Below are positions 20,579 to 27,922 of a DNA stretch of 64,000 nucleotides, one piece after another. The translations under genes and the position numbers were made by a program. The notes beneath the pieces are model-generated. The model ran no database searches, was not told the origin of the DNA, and worked only from the letters and a program-made list of their open reading frames with translations. Position 1 is the stretch's first letter; every line of letters starts with the position of its first letter. The stretch is from the IMG/VR virus record IMGVR_UViG_3300028809_000011, positions 2,038 through 66,037 of that record, one strand, 5' to 3'. This stretch comes from a virus.

Positions 20579-21272
20579 GGAAGAGCCCGGCATCCTGACC
20601 AAGGTGCTCCAGGCCATCCGCGCCTGGGTGCCTGTGCTGCGCCGTGCCGTCATGGCGTCCGGCCAGATCGACCCGACAGGTGTGGAAGACGCCCAGCCCG
20701 CCTGGGCCGACGAACTCGACAGGGTGATCATGCCCGCCCTGGAGACCGTCGTCGACCACGCCTGGCGCTGGCAGTCAGGTGAGCCGTTCATCTCGACGAA
20801 CAGCTTCGCCCAGGCCCAGCTCGCCATGACCCGCAACCTGCTGGTCCGGATGCCTGACGACGTCTACAACGCCATCTTCGCCGAGATCTCCACCGGCATG
20901 GCCAACGGGGAATCGAACGATGTCATCGCCGACCGGATCGAAGCCAAGATCCTGACATCAGGGAGCGAATGGTGGGAGAATCGGGCAAAGGTGATAGCCC
21001 GGACAGAGACGAACCGGGCCTGGAACGCAGGCGTGCTAGCGGCGGCCCAGTACTACCAGCCCCCGGCGGGACGTGGCTGGGTGAAGGTGTGGGACACGGA
21101 TGTGGATGGCCACGAACGCCCAGCTCACAGGCGGGCCGAAGGGCAGACCAGGTCACTGTCCGACACGTTCCAGGTCGGCGGGGAGGATCTTCGGTTCCCT
21201 GGGGACCCAGCCGGGCGTGCCGACAACGTCGTAGCTTGCAGGTGTTCGATGACGATCAAGAAGGAGGTGTGA
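20565..21272 (+). CDS. head morphogenesis protein (MuF / SPP1 gp7-like)
   Basis: 235 aa after portal; WENRAKVIARTETNRAWNAGV...VWDTDVDGHERPAHR pattern. Confidence 0.65.
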   Translation: MSAREEEPGILTKVLQAIRAWVPVLRRAVMASGQIDPTGVEDAQPAWADELDRVIMPALETVVDHAWRWQSGEPFISTNSFAQAQLAMTRNLLVRMPDDVYNAIFAEISTGMANGESNDVIADRIEAKILTSGSEWWENRAKVIARTETNRAWNAGVLAAAQYYQPPAGRGWVKVWDTDVDGHERPAHRRAEGQTRSLSDTFQVGGEDLRFPGDPAGRADNVVACRCSMTIKKEV

Positions 21273-21273
21273 C

Positions 21274-23160
21274 ATGACGATCCGCTGGTACGGCCTCGTG
21301 GCCCCCGAGGAGGCTCCCACCGGGGACCGCCGGATGCTTGAGCGGGACATGCTCACCTACCGACGCTTCCCCCTGTACGCGGCCTGGCAGGAAGTCTCCG
21401 GCGGGGGCCACTCAGGCTCCGTCGTCGTCGGCTCCTGGGACCAGCAGTACCAGGGCATCGGGGGCGTATGGGCCAGCGGAGAATTCCTCGACCCAACGAT
21501 CATCCCCCAGGTCACCCGTGCCGTATACCTCCTGGAAAAGAAGCTGATCGGGCCGAGCATCGACCTCGATCCAGACTTCGCATATGAAGTCGTCCCCCAC
21601 CCTGACCGGCCCGACGAGTTCGCCATGAAGGTCACCAGGGGCAATATCCATGGCGTCACCTTCGTCATGGGTCCAGCGTTCCCCCAGGTCCACATCACCG
21701 TCGACACACCAGAAGAGATGACCGTCCTCGCCTCGGCGGGGATCACCACGGCCGTCTTCGCAAGCTCGGGTGTCAACGCTGCCGCCTGGCGCAAGTTCCC
21801 CCTGGCCCCTGACCGGGCCACGACGTTCGACCACGACTCGGCCGTGGACCGCATCGCTGCTTGGTCCGGTGGGGACGCGGGCAAGTTCGGGTCGGCCTTC
21901 CTGTGGAAGGACCCTGAAGGCAACGCGCTGAACAGGGAGACGTACCGACTCCCCGTGATCGACATCCTTGATGGCAAGCCCTACCTGATTCCTCGTGCCG
22001 TGTTCTCCGCCGGGGTCATCATGTCCGGCGGGCACGGCGGCTTGTACGACACCCTGAACGAGGCCGACCGGCTCAAGGTGCAGGAAGTGATCACCGACAT
22101 CTACGACTACCTGCGCGACCAGTACGCCGACCCGAGGGTTATCGCACCCTGGCAGCGCGGGGGACGTCAGGGTGCCCGCAACGAAGCCGACCAGCCGACC
22201 CGAGTCGCATCCCTGGCCGACGTCATGGGGACCTACGACTGCCGGATTACCTCGATCGAGGTGGAGGACATGATCTCTGAAGAGCTAGACGCCTACCTGG
22301 CCAGCCGCGTGGCCTCACTCCTCCTCGAACGGGACGTACAGGTCCCTGGCGCAGGTTCGACAGTCGGGGCTGTGCCGGTAGACAGGCCGGTTGCGGATGA
22401 CGATCTCGGTGGCGACAACATCGTGGCCTCCGGTGTCCTCAAGCCGCCCGGTCACATGTTCGCCAACCCGCAGCTTGGTAAGCCGACCCCGCTCGTCGTC
22501 CAGGATGATGGCCGTGTCTACGGGCACCTGGCCACCTGGAAGCAGTGCCACATGGGCGTCGGCAATCGGTGCGTCATGGCCCCCCACAGCCGGACCAACT
22601 ATGGCCACTTCAAGACCGGCTCTGTCCTCACCGCCGAGGGCAAGACCGTGCGCGTTGGCAAGTTGACGCTGGGTACCGGTCACGCGGACAAGTCCTACGG
22701 CGTCGTCCCAGCCGTCGAACACTACGATCACACAGGGCTTGGTGTGGCAGTGGTCAACGCAGGTGAGGACAGCTTCGGCGTGTGGGTAGCGGGCGCACTC
22801 GTCCAAGGGGTTACCGAGGCACAGGCAGCCGAGCTTCGGCGTTCGCCACTGTCCGGGGACTGGCGTCGCGTGGACGGCAACCTGGAACTGGTCGCTGCTC
22901 TCGCGGTCAACAGCCCAGGTTTCCCCGTCCTGCACGAGGATGTCGACGGGTCGTACTCGCTTACGGCCGCCGGAGTCCTTGACCAGGACGGCGGCGCTGA
23001 TCAGCCAGGACTCCCCGTCCTGGAAGGGGGTCCAGCGACCGTTGGGCTTGACGCTGTCGACTCGTTCCTCACCGACATGGCCAGGGCTGACAGGGCTGAG
23101 GCCGTCGGTCGGGCTTTCCATGATCTTCTACCTCCACAGGAAGGGTGCGGGTGCAACTGA
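21274..23160 (+). CDS. putative capsid maturation protease / scaffold protein
   Basis: 628 aa between the MuF-like and capsid genes; assigned by position. Confidence 0.5.
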   Translation: MTIRWYGLVAPEEAPTGDRRMLERDMLTYRRFPLYAAWQEVSGGGHSGSVVVGSWDQQYQGIGGVWASGEFLDPTIIPQVTRAVYLLEKKLIGPSIDLDPDFAYEVVPHPDRPDEFAMKVTRGNIHGVTFVMGPAFPQVHITVDTPEEMTVLASAGITTAVFASSGVNAAAWRKFPLAPDRATTFDHDSAVDRIAAWSGGDAGKFGSAFLWKDPEGNALNRETYRLPVIDILDGKPYLIPRAVFSAGVIMSGGHGGLYDTLNEADRLKVQEVITDIYDYLRDQYADPRVIAPWQRGGRQGARNEADQPTRVASLADVMGTYDCRITSIEVEDMISEELDAYLASRVASLLLERDVQVPGAGSTVGAVPVDRPVADDDLGGDNIVASGVLKPPGHMFANPQLGKPTPLVVQDDGRVYGHLATWKQCHMGVGNRCVMAPHSRTNYGHFKTGSVLTAEGKTVRVGKLTLGTGHADKSYGVVPAVEHYDHTGLGVAVVNAGEDSFGVWVAGALVQGVTEAQAAELRRSPLSGDWRRVDGNLELVAALAVNSPGFPVLHEDVDGSYSLTAAGVLDQDGGADQPGLPVLEGGPATVGLDAVDSFLTDMARADRAEAVGRAFHDLLPPQEGCGCN

Positions 23161-23162
23161 CA

Positions 23163-23305
23163 TGTGCGGATGCAACAAAGGCAAGGACGGCAAGCCAGCC
23201 CAGTTCACCGTGACCACGGCGAAAGGCGAGACGAAGACGGTCGCCAGCGAGCAGGAGGCCCGAGCCATCGTCAGGGTCTCCGGCGGGGCCTACAAGAAGG
23301 CGTGA
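23163..23305 (+). CDS. small hypothetical protein (MCGCNKGKDG...)
   Basis: 47 aa after the protease gene; sub-threshold ORF. Confidence 0.3.
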
Positions 23306-23360
23306 GCCCGTGCTAGGGTGAAGGCAGAGTAGATGGCCCCGACACGGTCTTCTTCTTCCC

Positions 23361-23401
23361 TTCCCAGGAAGCGCCCCCAGGTACCTGTTCCCTGGGGGCG
23401 C
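23361..23401. terminator. bidirectional hairpin between convergent genes
   Basis: GCGCCCCCAGG-9nt-CCTGGGGGCGC perfect 11-bp stem. Confidence 0.5.
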
Positions 23402-23409
23402 TGCCGTGT

Positions 23410-23661
23410 CTACCGGGCCTGGGTGGTGACAACCTTGTTCTGGTCATCGACGATCTTCTGGAGCCCGGCCTTGGCCTCGGCCCACTTGGATTCGAAGTCG
23501 TTGAAGGTTGCCTTGAGCAGGGCCGGGTCACCTTCCAGTGCGAAGATCTTGAGCTTGTTCGGACCCAGCACCAGGGCGAAGTCCAGCCGGACGGCCAGTT
23601 CATCCGTGCCGTGGGCCAGGACGTAGTCCAGCATGGCTTCGACGTGCTTCTCGTTGAGCAA
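23410..23661 (-). CDS. hypothetical protein
   Basis: 83 aa, first gene of the minus-strand island. Confidence 0.45.
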   Translation of the reverse strand: MLNEKHVEAMLDYVLAHGTDELAVRLDFALVLGPNKLKIFALEGDPALLKATFNDFESKWAEAKAGLQKIVDDQNKVVTTQAR

Positions 23662-23810
23662 CCTGTTCTCCTTGATCTAGCTAGATGCTGGACTGGAACG
23701 CGGCCACGGTCAGGACGGGCTCGTCGTCTTCGCCGGTGATCCGGGCGACTGCCGCCGCGCTGGCGGCCTGGATCTGGGGGTCGCGCACGCGGCCCAGGCT
23801 GGGCTTGCGG

Positions 23811-24005
23811 CTAGTCCCAAAGGGCCGTGTGGCGGTGCTGGTAGTTGGGGAAGTCTCCATTGTCGAGTTCTCCTGTCGCGTTGTACTCCTTGACCATCCT
23901 GTCAAGGTCATCGCGTTCGCGCACCCGCTCCATGTTGGTCCACAGGTGGTGGATCAGCCAGCGGGCGGCCCTGGGCTTGAAGACGTGGCCGTCGGTACGG
24001 CTCAT
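23811..24005 (-). CDS. hypothetical protein
   Basis: 64 aa. Confidence 0.4.
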   Translation of the reverse strand: MSRTDGHVFKPRAARWLIHHLWTNMERVRERDDLDRMVKEYNATGELDNGDFPNYQHRHTALWD

Positions 24006-24029
24006 TGGAATCTCCTAGGTATTGGCTAC

Positions 24030-24278
24030 CTAGGACTCCGGCTTGAACAGCATCCCCACCCCCACAACCCTCTCGAACCCGTGCCGGTCACGGATCACGC
24101 ACACCTTGCCCCGCTTGGTCTCCACGAGGCCGAAAGTCCAGTAGGTCGACGGGTACCCGGCGGCCCAGATCGTCTCCTCCCACCACACCTTGTCACCTAG
24201 GGCGACCCTGGTGGCCGGGACCAGGCTGGCGAACCGGTCAAGACCCCGCTTACTCCACGGTACCTTCGGCACGGGCAT
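24030..24278 (-). CDS. hypothetical protein
   Basis: frame of 24030..24341 from MPVPKVPW. Confidence 0.35.
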   Translation of the reverse strand: MPVPKVPWSKRGLDRFASLVPATRVALGDKVWWEETIWAAGYPSTYWTFGLVETKRGKVCVIRDRHGFERVVGVGMLFKPES

Positions 24279-24537
24279 CCTTTCCCAGGAGCTTGAACAC
24301 CGCCTCCTCGACTTCCTTCTGGCGCAGCGAGGGACGGCCACCCTTTTTCTTGACCCGAGTGGCCTTCCAGTGCTCGATCTCGGGTGCGAGCCACAGCGGC
24401 GTAGCCCGCACCCGAGTCACCGGCTCAGGAAACGTCGGGTCCTCCTTGATCAACTGACAGACCCTGCCATCGGACAAGCCAAGGATCTGGCATACCTCAG
24501 CCGTCCCGACCAGCAGCTCAACGTTGACCCGGCGCAT
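24250..24537 (-). CDS. HTH DNA-binding protein (excisionase/MerR-like)
   Basis: ICQLIKEDPTFPEPV motif; paralogue of the next gene. Confidence 0.55.
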   Translation of the reverse strand: MRRVNVELLVGTAEVCQILGLSDGRVCQLIKEDPTFPEPVTRVRATPLWLAPEIEHWKATRVKKKGGRPSLRQKEVEEAVFKLLGKDARAEGTVE

Positions 24538-24538
24538 G

Positions 24539-24862
24539 TCAGCCCCTCAGTAGCGCATCAAGCCTCGCGGCCCGCTCAGCTTCCGGTACCTGGACAACCA
24601 GTGTTGGCTTCGGACCAGTCCTGTTGCGTTCCGACTTCGGCTCGTCCGGCCCGGCCATACCGTAGCCGGTGGCCTGCATCCACGCCTTCACCTCGTTCGC
24701 GTCCCAGATCCGGCCCAGCCTCAGTGACCACACCGGTTGGGGGAAGGTTGGGTCTTCCAGCAGAAGCTGGCCCACCCGCCCCTTCGACCTGTCGATGATC
24801 TCCGACACCTCGGCGATACCGCACAGGTCACGCAGGGCAATCAGAGTGTCCGGGTCCTTCAT
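24539..24862 (-). CDS. HTH DNA-binding protein (excisionase/MerR-like), paralogue
   Basis: VGQLLLEDPTFPQPV motif; ATGA overlap with the Ro60 stop codon. Confidence 0.55.
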   Translation of the reverse strand: MKDPDTLIALRDLCGIAEVSEIIDRSKGRVGQLLLEDPTFPQPVWSLRLGRIWDANEVKAWMQATGYGMAGPDEPKSERNRTGPKPTLVVQVPEAERAARLDALLRG

Positions 24863-26490
24863 GCCACAACCTCCCACGGCCACCGGCCAGCGGTGCCCTC
24901 CTCGATCATCGACATCAGCGGAAAGCACGCGTCGGTCAGTCCACCGAAGCTGTGCCGGAACTTGCCCGTCGGCGCGTGCCCCTGCCGGTAGCCCGCCAGG
25001 TTGAACGTGTAGAAGTGCTTGTCAGCCGGAACGGGGGCATCCACACCCCGGAAGCCGGAGTAGTCGGCCTGCTCGTCGGTGAGGATGACGACCCGGTCGT
25101 GACCCTTGTAGGTGGCCTGGACAGCCCGAGCCGTCGGGGTGCCACCACCGATGTTGTAGCCCAGGCGCTGCCAGGAAGCCATCTCGGCCAGCACATCCGC
25201 ACCCTTCGTGGTCTTGAACTCCATCAGCCACTTGCCGTAGCCCGAGGCGTAGGAGTACAGGTCCACCTGGTTGCCCGCCTTCGCCAGGGCGATGCCGAAC
25301 AGGGCAGCCGCGTCCCGGCGCTTCATCTCCGAGTGCTCGGAGAACGCGTGACCCATGGAGCCCGACGTGTCGACCAGGACCAGGGTCCGGCCCGGCAGAG
25401 TCGGGATGTTCTTCAGAGACATGTCCAGGGCCATGGACAGCGGGCCACCCCAGCGGGAGTGCGGGGCGTTGCGGTGCGCGGCCAGAAACCGGAACGGGAA
25501 GATCTTCGACTTCGCCACGGCCTGCTCGTCGCACAGGCGGCCCATGACGTATGCGGCCGTCTTCGCGTCGATGCCTGCCTGGTCGAAGTTGCGCAGGTTG
25601 CGCAGCAGCGCGAAGTAGCCCATGTTCGGGATGATCGCCTGCCACGCCTGCGCGTCCATTGGACCCTGGAGCCAGCCCGCCAGGGCCTCCCAGGTCATGC
25701 CCGCAGACTTGAGCGCATCCGAAGCCTCGTGCTCACCGAGGAAGCTACGACGCTCAGCAACGGGCCAGCCCATCATGATCTGACGGACACGCAGCATCTT
25801 CAGCGACTCGGGGATCTCCACCTCACCGTACTTGCGGGCCACCAGGTAGCCGAACAGGTCCGACTGCCACGGTGCCTTCGCCTGCGGGTGCAGCAGGTTC
25901 AGCAGCCGGTCAGGGGTGAACTCCTTCTTGTCCGAGTTGCCGTACTTCATCGCCGTGTACTCGTTGAACAGCTCGGTCATCGCGTCGGCCCAGCCACGCT
26001 TCAGCGGCTTCGGGATCTGCGTGTTCGGGTACTTGGAGAAGTAGTAGGCCACGGCCTCACCGACCTCATCCGCACGACCCAGGCCAGCCTTGGCCAGCTT
26101 GCGCGACCAGCCCTGGTCACCGGCGGCAACCTGCACCAAGGGCACGTTCTTCAGGACCAGGGCAGCCTCGACTGAGGCGACCACGGCAGCGGTGCGCATG
26201 TTGCCCGTGTTGCGCAGCCAGCCGATGAAGCCGAACATCCACTCCGGGTCGGCCTTGGCGACCTCACGGACCAGCTTCACGAACCGGTCGTCGGCCTGCT
26301 TCGCGGACTCGTAGAACTTGTCCTGGCCGAACATCGAGTTCGTCGCGAGCAGGAACAGGGCCGACTTGTTCTCGTAGCTGAAACCGGCCGCACCGTTGCT
26401 GGTGGTCGTGTCCGGGATCGGCATGGATACCAGGGGGCCAGCGGTCACCCGTGGGATCTTCCGGTTGTCCTTCGTGTTGAACGGAGTCAT
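24859..26490 (-). CDS. rsr: Ro60 orthologue (TROVE domain + C-terminal vWA)
   Basis: 543 aa; N-terminal GFSYENKSALFLLATNSMFGQDKFYES TROVE-like; C-terminal vWA motif LVLVDTSGSM. Confidence 0.8.
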   Translation of the reverse strand: MTPFNTKDNRKIPRVTAGPLVSMPIPDTTTSNGAAGFSYENKSALFLLATNSMFGQDKFYESAKQADDRFVKLVREVAKADPEWMFGFIGWLRNTGNMRTAAVVASVEAALVLKNVPLVQVAAGDQGWSRKLAKAGLGRADEVGEAVAYYFSKYPNTQIPKPLKRGWADAMTELFNEYTAMKYGNSDKKEFTPDRLLNLLHPQAKAPWQSDLFGYLVARKYGEVEIPESLKMLRVRQIMMGWPVAERRSFLGEHEASDALKSAGMTWEALAGWLQGPMDAQAWQAIIPNMGYFALLRNLRNFDQAGIDAKTAAYVMGRLCDEQAVAKSKIFPFRFLAAHRNAPHSRWGGPLSMALDMSLKNIPTLPGRTLVLVDTSGSMGHAFSEHSEMKRRDAAALFGIALAKAGNQVDLYSYASGYGKWLMEFKTTKGADVLAEMASWQRLGYNIGGGTPTARAVQATYKGHDRVVILTDEQADYSGFRGVDAPVPADKHFYTFNLAGYRQGHAPTGKFRHSFGGLTDACFPLMSMIEEGTAGRWPWEVVA

Positions 26491-26705
26491 GCCAGAACCC
26501 TTCCTGAAGCGATGAAACGGATGTGACCACGACCCCAGTCGGTGTCGTCAGAAGGGTCGTAGGTCCAGCCCTTCTTGGCTGCCTCACGCCTGGCCGCGCC
26601 GATCTCGTCGTAGGTGGACGTAAACGGCGGACAGTCGCAGTCGGGGCCGTCGCACGAGAGCACGATGTACAGCGCTCCACTCATCCCAAACCTCCTAAAA
26701 ACCAA
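26487..26705 (-). CDS. small Cys-containing protein co-transcribed upstream of rsr
   Basis: 72 aa; CDGPDCDCPP motif; 4-nt overlap with the rsr start. Confidence 0.5.
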   Translation of the reverse strand: MVFRRFGMSGALYIVLSCDGPDCDCPPFTSTYDEIGAARREAAKKGWTYDPSDDTDWGRGHIRFIASGRVLA

Positions 26706-26745
26706 TACCCCGCTAGTCTCGGAAGACAGCGGGGATCAATGGTGA

Positions 26746-26835
26746 GTGCCCGAGGAAATCAGTCGGCTACGGGTGTGGGTCGCGAGACCTTTTGCGAAAA
26801 GATAGCGAAGTACCCGTCGCCTGGGCACCGGGCAC
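26746..26835 (-). ncRNA. candidate small structured RNA (unit A) bounded by GUGCCCG...CGGGCAC terminal stem
   Basis: the same 7-bp terminal pairing recurs at units B and C; internal CUUUUCGCAAAAG hairpin; no tRNA-like module. Confidence 0.3.
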
Positions 26836-26859
26836 CCAAACGTTAGATCCCCAGAGTTT

Positions 26860-26990
26860 AAAGCGATCTCGGATTCCCGATTATGAGTCGGGGTGAGCGC
26901 CATGCTCACTCTGCCATGAGTGGCAGAGACAAGAATCGAACTTGTGAAGTAACCGAGGTCATTGGCACCTGGGAATATATGAAGTTGTGT
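26860..26990 (-). ncRNA. tRNA-like element: T-arm, closed acceptor hairpin, D-arm-like, CAU anticodon-like hairpin
   Basis: minus strand reads ACAAG-TTCGATT-CTTGT, then CTCTGCC-ACTCAT-GGCAGAG, then GAGC-ATGGC-GCTC, then CCCGA-CTCATAA-TCGGG. Confidence 0.35.
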
Positions 26991-26994
26991 GTTG

Positions 26995-27066
26995 CGCCCC
27001 CTACAGGATTCGAACCTGTATCCCCGGCTCCGGAAGCCGGTCCTCTATCCGTTGAGGTAAAAGGGC
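26995..27066 (-). tRNA. tRNA-Arg(CCG)
   Basis: cloverleaf by hand; acceptor pairs with 2 G-U; loop TTCCGGA; T-loop TTCGAAT. Confidence 0.65.
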
Positions 27067-27070
27067 TTTG

Positions 27071-27143
27071 CGTCCCCACCAGGAGTCGAACCTGGGCCTG
27101 TGGTTCCGTAGACCACCGTCTTGTCCTCTGGACCATGGAGACG
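27071..27143 (-). tRNA. tRNA-Arg(ACG)
   Basis: anticodon stem GTGGT/ACCAC, loop CTACGGA; T-arm CCAGG-TTCGACT-CCTGG; unusual D-arm. Confidence 0.6.
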
Positions 27144-27146
27144 TGT

Positions 27147-27297
27147 GGATGCCCGAGTATAAGTCGACTAACCTGCGGCTTTCGCCAGCGCTCTGCCAAC
27201 TGAGCTACAGCAGTGTTTCCACCACCGAAGGGACTCGAACCCCTGACCTCTTCATTAACAGTGAAGTAAGGCTCGTCTTTGGCACCGGGCATCCGTT
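27147..27297 (-). ncRNA. candidate Y-RNA-like permuted tRNA mimic (unit B, tRNA-Asn-derived)
   Basis: order on minus strand: 9-bp terminal stem GGAUGCCCG/CGGGCAUCC; Asn-type anticodon arm; T-arm; acceptor 3' strand CGGTGGT, loop GGAAAC, acceptor 5' strand ACTGCTG; canonical D-arm. Confidence 0.45.
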
Positions 27298-27310
27298 TTT
27301 AAGTTTTCAA

Positions 27311-27466
27311 GTTGTAGCGTGCCCGAGGAAAAGTCGGTCCGGCTTCGTAGGCGCGTCTTCCATTTCCGCCACTTCGGCTAGGCCGAAGGCAGGATTTGAA
27401 CCTGCACTCCCTTTCGGGACCCTCCTGTATAGAGAAGAACTCCGTACCTGGGCACCGGGCACTGCA
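27311..27466 (-). ncRNA. candidate Y-RNA-like permuted tRNA mimic (unit C, class-II tRNA-like)
   Basis: terminal stem GUGCCCG/CGGGCAC; GAAA-capped variable-arm-like hairpin; T-arm GCAGG-TTCAAAT-CCTGC; closed acceptor CTTCGGC-CTA-GCCGAAG; D-arm-like GCG-GAAATGGAAGA-CGC. Confidence 0.4.
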
Positions 27467-27472
27467 TTCAGT

Positions 27473-27547
27473 TGGAACGGTTGACCGGACTCGAACCGGC
27501 GTCATCTGCTTGGAAGGCAGAGGTTCTGGCCATTGAACTACAACCGC
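27473..27547 (-). tRNA. tRNA-Gly(TCC), CCA encoded
   Basis: acceptor GCGGTTG/CAACCGT (G1-U72); loop CTTCCAA; T-arm GCCGG-TTCGAGT-CCGGT. Confidence 0.65.
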
Positions 27548-27625
27548 GCAGGTCCCCGAGGAGTCGAACCCCGGTCTTTCCCAGCTTTGGAGGCCAGGTC
27601 CGTCCCACTTGACCCAAGTGCAAGG
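27548..27625 (-). pseudogene. tRNA-Trp(CCA)-like element lacking an acceptor 5' partner
   Basis: T-arm CGGGG-TTCGACT-CCTCG and loop CTCCAAA present, but the 5' region is a CACTTG-GGT-CAAGTG hairpin. Confidence 0.35.
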
Positions 27626-27922
27626 CGAGGAGTAGTCGCGGTGAGGGGGGCTTGTAGATCGCCAAATGATTTGAAGTACCCCTCGGTGCTTGGCACCGCC
27701 TTGCAGGACCCACTCTACTCACATATCTGCCAGACCTGCAAGCCCAATCCTGGGTCTTTTTATCCGACCTTCCGTGCATAAGTTGCAAAAGCGGACATAG
27801 AGGGTAACATCGGGAATGCAAGCTGATCATCGCTGGCTGCGGGCCGGGTGAACAGGGAGCGCTGCACCACCTACGCGCGTAACACCCGTCCACCTGCCCA
27901 TCCCCACGGAGGGATATCAGCG

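Noticed and set aside
27150-27215. 5' half of a tRNA (GCTGTAGCTCAGTTGGCAGAGCG) with no 3' half
   Set aside because: Not an independent pseudogene: it pairs across a GGAAAC loop with the upstream T-arm/acceptor-3' segment and is treated as part of permuted unit B.
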